A DNA stretch of 64,000 nt. Origin: the human T2T-CHM13v2.0 reference genome, Homo sapiens. The notes under the pieces were generated by a model that worked only from the letters and a program-made list of their open reading frames with translations, made no database searches and was not told the DNA's origin. A program made the position numbers and the translations under genes. This document shows, one piece after another, positions 44,072 to 59,575 of this stretch (positions are counted from its first letter, which is position 1; every line of letters begins with the position of its first letter). The stretch lies in assembly GCF_009914755.1 (NCBI RefSeq), contig NC_060932.1. The stretch is one strand, 5' to 3'.

Positions 44072-44435
44072 TGGTATGGACTGAATATCTCTGTCTCCCC
44101 AAAATTCACATGTTGAAGCCCTAAGTCCCAACTTGTATTCCAAGACAGGGCCTTTAGGGAAGTAATTAAGGTTAAATGAATTCATAAAGGGTAGTTCCCT
44201 GATACATAGGATTAGTGTTCTCATAAGAGACCTCAGAGAGCTCGCTCTCTGTCCACCACACAGAGGGAGGGTGGCCCCTGTGCAAAAGAGGACACGATGA
44301 GACCCTCACCAAAATCAAACCACTTGGCACCATGATCTCAGACTGCCAGACATTTGAACTGGGAGAAAATACGTTTTGTTGTTTAAGGCACCCAGTATGT
44401 GGTACCTCATTATGGCAGCCAGAAGTGATTAACAC
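44072..44435 (+). mobile_element. MLT1A/B-like MaLR solo LTR
   Basis: tatggactgaat...ccccaaaattcacatgttgaagccctaa...gtttaaggcacccagtatgtggtac...ggcagcc...taacaca. Confidence 0.85.
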
Positions 44436-44779
44436 AGGAGCAAACTCCAGTTCAGATGGACTGTTCAATTCAGACAAAACAGTCTGGCAATCTAAGATTG
44501 ACAGAGCTTTGAAAATCTCACCACCAACATAGTGAGAAGGGGATAAGCTAGAGGTAAATGAATTATAATAGATTTTTTACTTTATACATATTCTTATACA
44601 TTTGTATTTACTCTTCAAATACTAGGTTTCATACAATTAGAAAAAATTTTTGCTGAGAATTTGCCTCATTAGCATAATTACTTTTATTTATATAAACTTT
44701 TTCCAGAATCCATGTCCATGCATGTATCTTTACAACCACATTCCTAATAAATAATAATGGGCCCTCATTTGATTAATTA

Positions 44780-46780
<2,001 letters not shown>

Positions 46781-46784
46781 ATTT

Positions 46785-47160
46785 TTAGTTTGGTAAAATA
46801 CACATAACACAAAATTTACCATCTTCATAATTTTTAATTGTACAGTTCAGTAGTATTAAGTACACACTGTTGTGTAACCATCACCACCATTGATCTCCAG
46901 GACTCTTTCCATTCTGCAAAACTGGGACTCTGCACCCATTAAACAATAACTCCCTGTCCCCTTGTCTCCCCATTCCCTCTGGCAATTACCATTCTACTTT
47001 CTGCTTCTGTGAGTTTGCCTACTCTATCCTCATATAAGTGGATTCAGGCCATTCTGTCTTTTTGTGACTGGCTCATTTCACTCAGCCTATTGTCCTAGAG
47101 GTTTCTTTATGTTGTGAAAAGTGTCACCATTTCCCTCCTTTTTGAGGATGAATAACATTG
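46785..47160 (-). mobile_element. L1MA/MB 3' end
   Basis: ggtaaaatacacataacacaaaatttaccatctt...tacagttcagtagtattaagtac...ctcatataagtggattc. Confidence 0.85.
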
Positions 47161-47229
47161 CCTGGTTTCTCCATAGGAAAGCATCTTGGAAGAGTTGTAT
47201 GAGCTAACTGAATCTGTTTCAGTAGCTCA

Positions 47230-48640
47230 CGCTGTCTCCCCACACTCTAGCTGGCTTCCTTCCTCATCCTCCCACTGGACATGCTCTTGTCATGGCCACT
47301 GAGACACGCAGGTTGCTAATTCCAGTGTTACTTCTTCCAAGACTACAACTTCCTTCCTGTGGCCTCCTGGTAGCCTCTGACACAATGGAACACACTTTCT
47401 TCTTGAGACACTTTCTTCTCCTGGCTTTCACACCTCTCTCTCTCTCTCTCTCTCTACTGTTTACTCTGTTCTCCTTTCTAGAATGCCTATTACTAAACAT
47501 TGGACCTTCCAGATTGAATATCTATATTTAAAAAAGCTTTTATTTTTAGTTTGGTAAAATCCACACAACATAAAATGGTTTTCTCTCTACCGCACTAGTT
47601 AGTCCTTCTTTCTTTGTCCCACCTTCCTCTTTGACCTAAATGGTATGCTTTGGGGTTTGGTTTGGGAATCCCTTTCACTTCCTATCTGTACTCTCTCCTG
47701 GGGTAGTTTCAAGTCCCACTGGCTTTAAATATTGTCAATAAATCAAATGACTCTCAAGTTTATTATTCTTTCTCAATATCTCTCTTTAATTCCCTCTCCA
47801 TCTTTACCAGCTGCCTACTCGATATCCCACTTGGCTGTCCAACAAACAGAACTTTCAAACTTAACACGCTCAAAACAAAATTCATGACTTCCCTCAAATC
47901 TGCTCTCCCACCAGTTTCTACATCCTGGTAGATCCTGACGAAAATCCCAGTAATCATCCTTATACATACATACATCATACATATATACATACATACATGT
48001 ACATACAAGACTGTGGGGTATACCCAGAAATATCTTTAGGATGCACACATTCACTTCTACCTTTATTCCTTCCACCTCATTCAAAGGCAACTATTTCTCA
48101 CCTAGACTCTGGCAATAACCTCCTATTTTCCAAATTCCACACTTTCCACCTACAGTCTATTGTTCACAGCACAATCAGAGTAAACTTATAAATATGTAAA
48201 CCTGATTGGGTCCTTCAGTGGCTTTCCTTTGCACTTATAATAAAATCCAAACTCCAAGCCTGCAAGGCCCTCTCTCCTAATGCATCTTCTACTCTTCTTT
48301 GTCATGGTCTTGATGTTCCAAGAATAAGAGAGTCCTGTTCTTTCTGTTCCTCTAACATATACAGCCCACCCTTACTTTAGGGTGAGTAATGAAAGCTAGC
48401 TCTTTTCTCAGATGTTCTTGTGGCTAGCTTCAGCTCATCATTCAGATCTCAACTTAAACATCATTTCTGCAGGGTCGTCTTCCTTGATCATGTAATCTTA
48501 AGTAATCCCCAAGATGTTTTTAACACATCCCATCTTCACTATATCCCTTATGGTGATCTGATATTTTCCTACACCTATTTACTACAACATTCTCTGCACT
48601 TAGCACCTAGGGGGTTAATGAATACTCTTTAGAAGAATGA
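47230..48640 (+). mobile_element. L2 fragment
   Basis: ctggctttcacacc...tcctatctgtactctctcc...ccactggctttaaatatt...caaacttaacacgctcaaaac...ctcatcattcagatctcaacttaaa. Confidence 0.75.
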
Positions 48641-49059
48641 ATTATACAATAAGTATGGAGCTCTCTCCATTGTCCATAATGTTTCCTAATGATATATACA
48701 TTCTAGAAGCGAGAGTACAGAATAAAACCTTTTCTCCATGTATCTGTTCGTGTTCCAATTTTATAGTAGAGCAGGGTTTTCACGTCAAGACAAAGGTGAG
48801 CAACTTAAAAAGCCCAGGAGTGGCCTTGTGGATCTGTATTAAAATATAGGAATGTGTCTGCTCTGTCTCCATTCATTCATTCATTCAAATATATTTACTG
48901 GATACTTGTTCAAAGCCTAGCATTGTATTAGATATGGAGTTTAGTGTGAATAACACAAAAGAAGCCTTTCTGTCACTGTACACTTTTTATTCACAAGTGT
49001 GAGCTAAACAGACCAACAAATCTAATAAGGAAGTTTGTATGACATCACACACTCAGCCT

Positions 49060-49310
49060 GACTCTGCTCAAATGGCATTCCATGGATCTAGGTTTGCAGC
49101 TTGGTTTTTCCATTCACTAGCTGTGTTACTCACAAGCAGGTAGCTTAATTTCTCTAAGCCTCTGCTTCACCATCAAGATAAAGGGGATAAATACATTTAT
49201 CTCACATGTTTGCTATAAGAATTCAATTAGAAAATAAATGTAAAACATTCTGTTCAGTCCCTGATACTACTGACAATTAATGATAATTAATAAATAGTAT
49301 TCTTTGCCAT
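49060..49310 (+). mobile_element. MIR SINE
   Basis: cactagctgtgttactc...cttaatttctctaagcctctgcttcaccatc. Confidence 0.6.
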
Positions 49311-49382
49311 TACTATTTTGTTATTAGTCTTCCTTCTGGTACAGCTGCCACTTCCACTACTGCTACTAACTCTCTCTCTCTC

Positions 49383-49640
49383 TCTTTTTTTTTTTTTTTG
49401 TTTGCTTTTTAGAGACAAGGCTTACTCTCTTGCCCATGCTGGAGTGCGGTGGCATGATCATCGCTCACTGCAGTCTCAAACTCCTGGGCTCAGGGAATCG
49501 TCCCACCTTAGCCTCCTGAACAGCTAGGGCTATAGATTCATACCACAACACCCAGATTTTTTTTTTTTTTTAAATAGAGACAGGGTCTCACTATGTTGCC
49601 CAGGCTAGTCTTCAACTCCTGGTCTGAAGCAATCATCCCT
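49383..49640 (-). mobile_element. AluJ-like, 5'-truncated
   Basis: gagacaaggcttactctc...ctcctgggctcagg...gagacagggtctcactatgttgcccaggct. Confidence 0.88.
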
Positions 49641-51106
49641 GCTACTAACATTCTTTTATTGAAGACATATGGGGCAGGTGGAAATCAGAATTAAAATGTG
49701 TTTTTAGAAATATTATGTCGGCAGCTACTTAACAAGCCAGACTGGTTATTTCCCTGGGGCGTAATTCACTCAGACCCACAGGAAAGCAAAAATGTGTAGG
49801 ATTTGATGGTTCCCATTTGATAGCTCCTTTCCAGAAAACAGTATGAAAAGATAAGAAACACTGTACAATATCCTGGTCATTTCTTTGGCCTGGGCATGAA
49901 GCTGGCTCTTATTATTAGAAAGATAAATGTCAGCATCCATGCTGATGGGGCACAAATATCCAATTAAACATGAATCCCAGCTCCCAATCAGCACACACAT
50001 GTCTTGGCCAAGTGGAAGCACTTTCATTTGCTCAGCCTTTTCTTCCAATATGACTTGTCCTTTGGGTCTTTGAGGGTGACCGGCCTCCTCTAGGGAGGAT
50101 CATTCAGGACCATAAATAGAAATCTGGAATCTCACTGAGCAATACTCACTTGGCTCTTGAATTCTATTTGTGGAAATGAAATCTTGAATCCCATGGAAGT
50201 GCTTAACAAACCAGAAGCAGAAAAACTCTCCCATTTGACAAACATCACCCAGAGTGCATATGAATGAACAATGACACTAAAAGACACACCACAAATGCAG
50301 TTTTCCTACTTAACTAAATCACATTTCTCCACAAAACACCATCTAAAATCCTCTTTCACATTTTCATCCTTTCTAGCTCCCGTTTTTTCTTTTTAATAAG
50401 CTTCCCTTTTCATTTTTTAATTCCATTTCCATTTTCCTCTTCAATGTAGCCAGGTTGTTAAATTAAAAACACTCATCTTCTGTCTTTGCATGCACATTAT
50501 TTTCCATTTCTATTCTGGGGTCTAATTTTGATCCTTTAGCCATTTGACCTTCTGAACAGGTGCAAAAGAAGGCTGCAGGTTCAAAGGTGTATCTTCTGCA
50601 CTTCTTGACCCCTTTGATTTGAAAGCACATTACCTTAATAATAAAAATATCTGGGCTTCACATTTGATATACAGATCAGAGAGAATCAAGTGCAGGACAT
50701 TTTTCTGATGCTTTAAAGAAATGCTCAGAAAAAGATTCCAAACTCATTTTCCACTGATTCTCTGTTCCTCCATTACATTATTTTTCTGTACCTTTTACTC
50801 ATCAGCGAAGTCATTTGGGATTTCAGAGTCATTTGGGATTATTGATTATGAAGCAGCAAAAATCTTTCACACTGCAAGCAAGGTGATGCCAACCTCTATT
50901 TTAGCTAGCTTTTCAATCATATTATTTCTACTTATCAAATGTATTTTAGGCCATAATTTGTTCTAGAGTCAAACTAGTTTTCAAGTTACTGTTATTCGTT
51001 CAAAAGTGACCATATAAAAAGTTGAAAATCTGTAGATTTAATGTGCCTGACACTTAATTTCATGCTGTTTGCCCCATTGTTCAAAGCAAATAGTAAAGTC
51101 TTCAGC

Positions 51107-51112
<6 letters not shown>

Positions 51113-51146
<34 letters not shown>
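51113..51146. repeat. (TG)17 microsatellite
   Basis: Read directly. Confidence 0.95.
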
Positions 51147-51149
<3 letters not shown>

Positions 51150-51230
51150 ATTCAGTTCATGACTTCAGTTTTTACAACGTTAATATATTGCTTTTAAAAA
51201 AAATCTGCTACCCAGGAAAGGTATCAAACA

Positions 51231-51526
51231 ATTGTTTTTTTTTGGAGAACGAGTCTCACTCTGTTGCCCAGGCTGGAGTTCAGTGGCATGATCTTGGCTC
51301 ACTACAACCTCCGCCTCCCCGGTTCAAGTGATTCTCCTGCCTCAACCTCCTGAGTAGCGGGGATTACAGGTGCCTGCTACCACACTTGGCTACTTCTTGT
51401 ATTTTTAGTGGAAACGGGGTTTCATCACATTGGCCAGGCTGGTCTCAAATTCCTGACCTCAAGTGATCTGCCCGCCTCAGCCTCCCAAAGTGCTGGGATT
51501 ACAGATGTGAGCCACCACACCTGGTC
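51231..51526 (-). mobile_element. AluSx/Sz-like, full length
   Basis: gagtctcactctgttgcccagg...cctgacctcaagtgatctgcccgcc. Confidence 0.93.
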
Positions 51527-51929
51527 TCAAAGAATAATTTCTAATCTATTAACTTTGCAGTTCCTATTTGCAATGCATTCTGATTTATAGGGTTAAAATA
51601 TTCAGTGGCACTTCTACATTTTCTTCATGTTCTACTTTAAAAAACTACTTCCAAGTGAAGGAATGGACAGAAGGGTAGCATTAAAAGCAGGTATACGCCA
51701 CTGCATCTTATAATTCAAATGATTTCAAAGCCACTTAAAACAAGCAATTACTAATAACTATGGATGACTATTTGGGGTCAGGTACATGCAAAGACTTTTG
51801 AATTTGTTTAGTAAGTGGCCCCTACTAACTCCTAAGAAATTTAAAAGAAGAAAACTTAAAAATGATGACATTTTATTATCAGGCAGAAGACAAATGGTTA
51901 GGTACCGTTCTCTGTAGAATAACTAGAAG

Positions 51930-53460
51930 ATTCATTCACTTTATGTAATATTTCATCAAGTCTCCACTACATGCAAGGCACTTTGGGATACACTGGTGAG
52001 AAACACGGACAAGACACTTGCCCACACATGACTTACATTCTAACACAAGAGCAGACACTAAGGAGCCAACAACCCAGTGGTGACAAGTGCCATGGAAGGC
52101 AATAAAACCGGGTGATGAGAAATCCCAGGACCAGGACCAATGGGAGAGGCACTGTAAGGGGCTGTCTATTTTAAAATGAGGTGGTTAGGGTCACTTCCTA
52201 TCACAACTACACATTTCTATTAAAAAGCTTCTACTTCCAATGATAATATGGCCTCTGATCTGTTCTGAATTCTAATACAGTATTGTCCTTCACAAAGGAT
52301 CCATTCCCTCTCCTACTATTCTTTTTCTTCTATGAATTACTATAATTCACATGGTCCTATAACCACATAATTGTCATGTCCTATAATCACACATGGCATT
52401 GTACTGTTTGATGGGTAAAGTATAAAAACCCACCATTAAATGGAAGGAAGGTTCATTTATTCAATTTAATTCATTTATTTAACATTTATGAAGCACTTAC
52501 TGTTTGCCATGAACCATGCAATTTGCTGGGACACAAAGATGAAAAATCAAGGCTTGGGGCTTAGAGTCTCAGAGAGACAGGAGGAGAGAGAAACATAATT
52601 TTAGGTAAGAGGAGTGAGTATACAGTAGAATTGCAAGGATAGAGAAAAGTATCAGATGATTTGGGCACCAAACCTACTGTCTGCACAAGTGAATGTGAAA
52701 TGCAGACATGGAATCAGGGAGGAGATAGACAAACAGGGTATCTCTAGGACAGAGGTGCATGAGAATATCAATGCAATAAAAACAAGAAATCACAAAATGG
52801 AGAGAGTTGGAAGATGGTGAGAGGGGAACATTACTGGAGGGAGAAGTGCAGAGGAGAAGGGCGGAAAAAGCTGGAGTAGAGCAGAGATGATGAGACCATG
52901 AATAGTGAGACAGTTTGGCTCACATATAACAAGGCTGCCCACATGCACACACACAGGTGTTCTCTCAAACTGTGCTTGGCTGGGTACTGGTGATGCAAGG
53001 ATGAAACGGACCCATTTCTATGGTCCCGTCTGGCAAAACTGACATGACGGCACCAACTTACCTTCTCAGCTACATCACTCATCACTTTCTCGGAACCATT
53101 TCTCTAGCCACAAAAATGCCTGCCCCTTTTCTGCCTTTGCACATAATGGTTTACCTGGTTAGGATGTCACTTCCACCTTCTTTACCTGGAGAATTCCTGC
53201 ACACTTTTCAAGCCTCAAATTAAATATAACCTCTATTAGATGATTTCCCCAACTCCCTCTGCCTTGTTCTCACAGTTCTTGGTAACATTCTCCAATTAGA
53301 GTGCCTTTCCCAGTTAGGCTTAATTATTTGTATAACTATCTGCTCCAACACAGAACCCTGAGTATTTTGTGGGTACACACAGTTCTATCCATCATTTCCA
53401 TACTTCGCATGGTCTGCCACATAGCAGTTGCTGATTATATAAATGTTTGCTTTATACAAT
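51930..53460. mobile_element. Cluster of L2 fragments in both orientations
   Basis: Antisense L2 ends at ~51930 (ttcattcac...) and ~52470 (aacatttatgaagcacttactgtttgcca); sense L2 end at ~53130-53450. Confidence 0.5.
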
Positions 53461-54976
53461 TGGCTATTCTAGCAGTCCTTTAACAAAGGTTCAGATAGCC
53501 AAGACAGAACACATTATACTATGGATGTTTCAATTAATATTTTAAAAATTATATATGGTAATTCTTGAATGTATTCTCACTGTAACAATTTAAACAACAA
53601 AGATGTACAAAGAACCTCAACACTCTTTTCATGCTATACTCCCAATTCCGTTCTTCTCAGCAGAGGTAGCAACTATCATGACTTTGAGGTAGACATTTAG
53701 GCACATTTTCTTTCCTTTGTATTTTACGTATGTACATACGTAAAATAGTTTTCTATGAGTCCAGGCCATCTATAAATACGGGACAGTACTTTTCAACTTG
53801 TTTTTACTTAATAAGTTTTAGCTATATTTTATATCTTGGAACATATAGATTCACCTCCTTATTTTCAATTGATGCATAATGTTCACTAGTAAACAGAAAC
53901 GTGCAAAGAAAAACAATCATTGAGTTTTCACCTAAGAAATATGCAAGCACTGAGAAGACTGAGAATACCCATCGGGGAAACATGCTCTCTGTTAGGCTAG
54001 TTTTGCTTTATTGAAGGGCAAATTAGTGTTTTTCTAAAAGTTTATAATGTGCAATTCTACTTTAAGGCCTCTATACTGTAGAAACACAGGCACATATGTT
54101 TAAAAGGACACTACAGGCATGCATTGCTATGGTATTTTCAAAAAGGAAAACTTGGAAACATCCTAAATGTCCATAAGGACTTACTAAATGGTAGAATACC
54201 TGCATTTGATTTTGTCAGTTTTGGGTACATGGCATTAAATGATTCTAATTTTACTATAGTCCCATGTCTGTTCCTTCCTAAGCCTCCTTTATTTCAAATC
54301 TCTCTCATTCCTAGTATTTTCAAATACTACAATTCAGTATTATGTGCACATCTGATTATATGATTCCTTTAAAGATGTTACTTATTTCCAGAGATTTTTA
54401 ATAGCCTTGTCTTGCTTCTTTTCCTGCACAAAGTAAAGGATATGGTTATTCTGTTAAGCTTGCACACATCTCTCCTTCATTTTGACACCAAACTTGAATT
54501 TGACAAGACAACAGTAGTTTTTGCTTTATTATTAATAATAGGCATGTGCTGAATGTCAATTATATTTAAGGGACTGTGCAGGGGATAGTGGTAACACACA
54601 CAGATACACCATTCAGTTTCACACAAGCCGGATACTCTGATTCTGGCAACCATGGATCATTAAAAAGGAAATAAGCAGAATGTTTGTGTGTTTGTTTACC
54701 TGTCTGTTCATATATCCATCCATCTGCTGGCTAGATCAATGCAGTGAAAGATGGATCAAATAGAATCCTCCACAAAATCAAACTAGGAAAAAAAGCAAGG
54801 AAGCAAGCAAGCGAACCTGACACCACAGCTGAAAGTAAGGATGAGAAATGAGGACCATTCTCAAAATCCAAAGCACAGAGGCCAAGGACCACATGGGAAG
54901 ACATAAAGGCAATTTCTGGTTATCCCCGTGTGCTAGGATAAAAAGGTTAGGTTCTATAAGAAATAGATAAAAAGTG

Positions 54977-55378
<402 letters not shown>

Positions 55379-57209
55379 CTAGAACCTTGAACTCGTTGGG
55401 GTGGGGCTGACCCAGCAGTAGGGAATGGGGAGAAGTCCAGGCAGGCAGGTGCAGCATAGCTGCTAGGCGCATGGTAAGACGCCATGACTCAGGCAGGTGT
55501 TAGGAGATCAGGAGTCTAGGATCAAGACAAGGATTCATCCAGGAATCACAGAGAGCACAGCAGTGGCACATGTGACATTCAGCATCGTGTGGGAAGTTGA
55601 GCAGGTGGCGAGTGGGCAGGAGAAAACCGGGCTCCCACTGCTTGGCACAGGTTTGGGGAAAGGACCTGGGCTCTGGGAAGGTGGGACAGGCACCAAGGCA
55701 GGGCTCTCCCAGCCTTGCAGGAACTGGAAGACGAATGGGAGAATCCTGATGAAGGGGAACAGAAATTACAAGTACCACGTTACAAAATGGGGCTAGGCTG
55801 CTCCAACAAAGGCTAAGCCGGAAAAAACCCAGGTGGCAAAATCTGACTCCTGATGAGGGTCCCTTAAATTCTCTCTGATTAATGACCAACATCCCACACG
55901 CTTGGCCTGGGTGGAACCTTTAAATGTGGTCAAATGGCTTCAGCTGGGGGGGATCAGACGGCCTTCAGCACAAGGGGGCAGGCAGGTCATCATACTCAAT
56001 TACTGGGTTTGGCAGGAGGAGGAGGGAAAAGTATGGTTTTGGCAACACTGCTGGAATTATAAGGCCTTAATTAGATTACTGGATCAACCTCTGACTCGCA
56101 ATGAATGTCCTTAGGGAGGTCATTTAATCTCTCTGTGAGACTATGTCTGAGTTTCCACAACTAAAAAATGAAAATAATATTTTAGAAGCAGCTTACAGGA
56201 GAAGCTCATAAGAGCAACAGTGTTGCTAAAAGGATTAGGATTTCAGCTGATCCTTCAATTATATACTGTCCTTTACCTTCTGGCCTTGCAAAAAATAAAT
56301 AAATAAATAAACAAAGGCTGGGAGAAGTCCCCTCATATAACCATTGTAAAGAAATGCACTTGCTTTATATTTATATAGCTGATGCGGCTAACTTTGCTAA
56401 ACCTAAACTGGTTGTGTTGCAAAACAGTGTAACATGACTGAGTCATTCGCTTTCAAGAATCTTGTAAATGAGAAATGGCAGGGGCAGAGTGACTCTATTT
56501 CCACTCGCCCACGACAGTTGGACCAGAACCACCAGAGAACACTTCAGAGAAAAGATGGGTCCAGGAAAAGCGTATTATAGGTTGACTGTAGTCAGAAACT
56601 TATTTCTCATAGTCAGGGAAATAATTAGGTCAACTAAAGAGAGCTATTTATACTTGGGAAAATGGTACTAATTTAAACCTAACCAGTGGAATGCTGACTA
56701 TTTCACTAAGAATAATATGCTTCTTCCAAAAGTCAAGAAGGTAAAGAGAAAGCCTTTTGAAAGTAGCATAAAGGATACACAGAAAAAACTCTATTTGTTA
56801 TTATTTGGTTTATTTTGAGCAAACATAGTTCCTGTTACAGGCTCCTAGTGGGCCGTCCCCTTTAAAATTCAACTCTTTTTTTTTTATAGAGACTAAAATA
56901 TTTGGGCAAGATTTGCCAATGAATTTCTAAAATTGGGGCTAATAATCAATTATAAATGGAGGATATTAGCCACTCAAAGATTTATCCCACCATAAGAAAC
57001 AGTTTGGAACTCCTCCCAAGTCCTATTGAAATGGTCTGGGTTATACTCATGAGACTGCAAACATAAATTAATAGATGCTATACTCTGCTGTGTTGTCTTC
57101 ACCAAATGGTTTGGTCTTTGTGGAGTTGAAGCAGAGGCAATGTGCATGGTTTTCAGTGCCTGGTCCAGAGGAGGTTCTCCATGCCTGCAGGGTAAGTGAT
57201 CCCTACAGC

Positions 57210-57400
57210 CTTAGTTGCAACCCTGGCTGAAAATTAGGATAATCTGAAGAGTTTCTTAAAAGGAGCAAATATACCCCAATCTTAAAATATACCCCAACCA
57301 AATTAAATCAGAATCTCTGGGTAGGGTGGGGGAAGAGGGAAGGGAGGAGCTGACCCAGGAGCAATGATTATACTTCACAGCCAAGGGTGAGAACCACTGA
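57210..57400. mobile_element. MER5-type hAT-Charlie MITE
   Basis: caaccctggctg...attaaatcagaatctctggg...cagccaagggtgagaaccactg. Confidence 0.7.
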
Positions 57401-57919
57401 ACTGGGAAGTACCTTCAGATGGTGAGTGGAACTCATAAAACTTGATGTCTTCCTAATACGATTACTCAACTTTTTTTTTGCTCTGGTACCATGATGAACA
57501 AGCAACATTTATTTTATTTTCTAGGTTGACATTTTTTATAGGGGCTAAAAGAAGATGATCAGCTAACCCAAGGCATCTGTCTGCTTGCCAGTTATTGTTC
57601 TCATTTTAAATCAATAAAAGGGACTTCTCATTTGTCAGTTGTCTTCTTGTTATTCTCAAACAGTCCTGCACAGTCTCTAGATCTGTTTAATTATATATGA
57701 CTTCGGACACACACACAGCAAAGGGTAAGACATAGATTTCTCATGACCCTGTCAAGGGCTGCCCTTAGGAGAAGCTATGTAACAGCTTTATCTCTTTTAC
57801 CAAACTTTAAAGGCAGTTATTTTATGTTAAATGGAATAGTTTTTTTTTAAATTATGGCAAACAATTACATACAAACAAGATATGACGGGCAAATTCTTGA
57901 CTGCCTTAGTATTCCATGC

Positions 57920-58080
57920 ATATGATAACCATCCATCCTGGCTTACACAGGACCAAGGACATTCTTGGAATCTAGGACTTCGAGTTTTAAAAGTGAGGCA
58001 GTCCTGGGGATACCTTAGGGAGCTTCTGGGACTCAAAACTTTCAACACAAAATCCATCTGGGATTAGTTGGTCATCCTAG
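57920..58080. mobile_element. hAT-Blackjack MITE (MER81/MER94-like), degenerate
   Basis: gataaccatccatcctggcttacacaggac...ctgggattagttggtcatccta terminal motifs. Confidence 0.5.
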
Positions 58081-58454
58081 GTATAGCCCTAGTTTCTCAG
58101 ATGGATCTTTATTTTCTTTTTAAGAGAGGCTTCATTGATCACCTAGTGGTAACTAAAAGGAAACTAGCATATTAGATGAGGAATTGAAGATATTCTCCAT
58201 CTCACATCTCATCTCAAACAAATACTCTATTACACTCATAACTAACACGTAGCATAGTGTTATCACAGATGAAATCTCAGTATAGGATTAAAAACACTCA
58301 CAGTTCAGGCATGGGCAATGTAAAAGAGAAAAAGGAAGTCTCCAGGCAGGTCCAATAGCCTATAGAACAAGGAGAGGCCTTGAACCAGGCCAGTCAGCTG
58401 GATCCAGTGTATGGGATCAGGAGCCAAGACAAACTTAAAGCCATGTGGCCACAG

Positions 58455-58620
58455 CTAACATTTGTTGAGTACTTAGCACATGCACTATACTAAGACACTT
58501 ACGAAGACTATATGATTTAACCACAACTCTATGAAATAAATATAATTACTATATTCATTTTATTACACTACATAATTATATGTAGTTAGTATATTCATTT
58601 TACATAGGAGAAAACTCAAA
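58455..58620 (-). mobile_element. MIR SINE
   Basis: agctaacatttgttgagtactta...cacaactctatga...cattttacataggagaaaact. Confidence 0.7.
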
Positions 58621-59364
58621 GCTGTTTAGGGCTTTTATTCACCCTTATTCACTTCCTCCATGTCCAGCCTATAGTAGGCATACCATAAATAACACAAAAG
58701 TATTAACTACAAAAAACACCCAAGTGGGGTAAGTATAAATATCTTAAAAGACAATTTAATTAAAATCTTTTGCTTTTTCAGGTATCTTTACAAAATGGCT
58801 GACATCTATTTAAGCAGGTCTGTAACCGACCATCCTTTACAAATTACTTAAAGATAAGACGAGAGAAGGATTCATATTAATATTATTAGCCTAACACTCA
58901 AGTAAAGTGAAACTACAAATGATGTGTTCTGGCTAGCAGTAATAGGGAGAGAGAGAAAAAAAATACGTTGTGTGTTAAGAAGGAAAATTAAACCGAAAAT
59001 TAGATTCCCTGCCCACAAATTTTGACAAATCTTAAAGGAAATTAACCACTTTTCACTTGCTTTGCTGATCACAGAAAGCCTCTGACTCCACTTGACATAA
59101 GCAAATAAAGATGGTAACACTTGACATGTAATTCTTGGCTCACTTAATTGGATTGCTTCACAAACCATTTTTGGTAATCAATGATTACTAGTAGTAGTCA
59201 CAAAAGAGGATAACAGGCAGCTGGGAACAGAAAATGACAGGACTGCATTTTCTTGAGTATCTATTCAGAGGCAGTGGTCCAGCCATGAAATGATTCTGCC
59301 TCCTGCCTGAACTTCTTGTTTATACAACTACTTCTGGACCCCCTTGGACCCTCATGACCAATTA

Positions 59365-59575
59365 TAGTTTGGGGATGCTAAAGTCAAACTGCCTGGGTTC
59401 AAATCCCAGCTTGACACCTACATAACTCAGAACAAATCTTCTTAGTATGCCTCTGTTACCTTTGTAAAATGGGAACAATTGTGCTATCTCATAGGATTGT
59501 TGAAGAACTAAGTGATATAATCCACGTACACTGCTTGGATTGATGCCTCCCACATAGAAAATTTTACATGAATGT
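59365..59575 (+). mobile_element. MIR SINE
   Basis: agtcaaactgcctgggttcaaatcccagct...tgtaaaatggg...ctcataggattgttgaaga. Confidence 0.85.
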
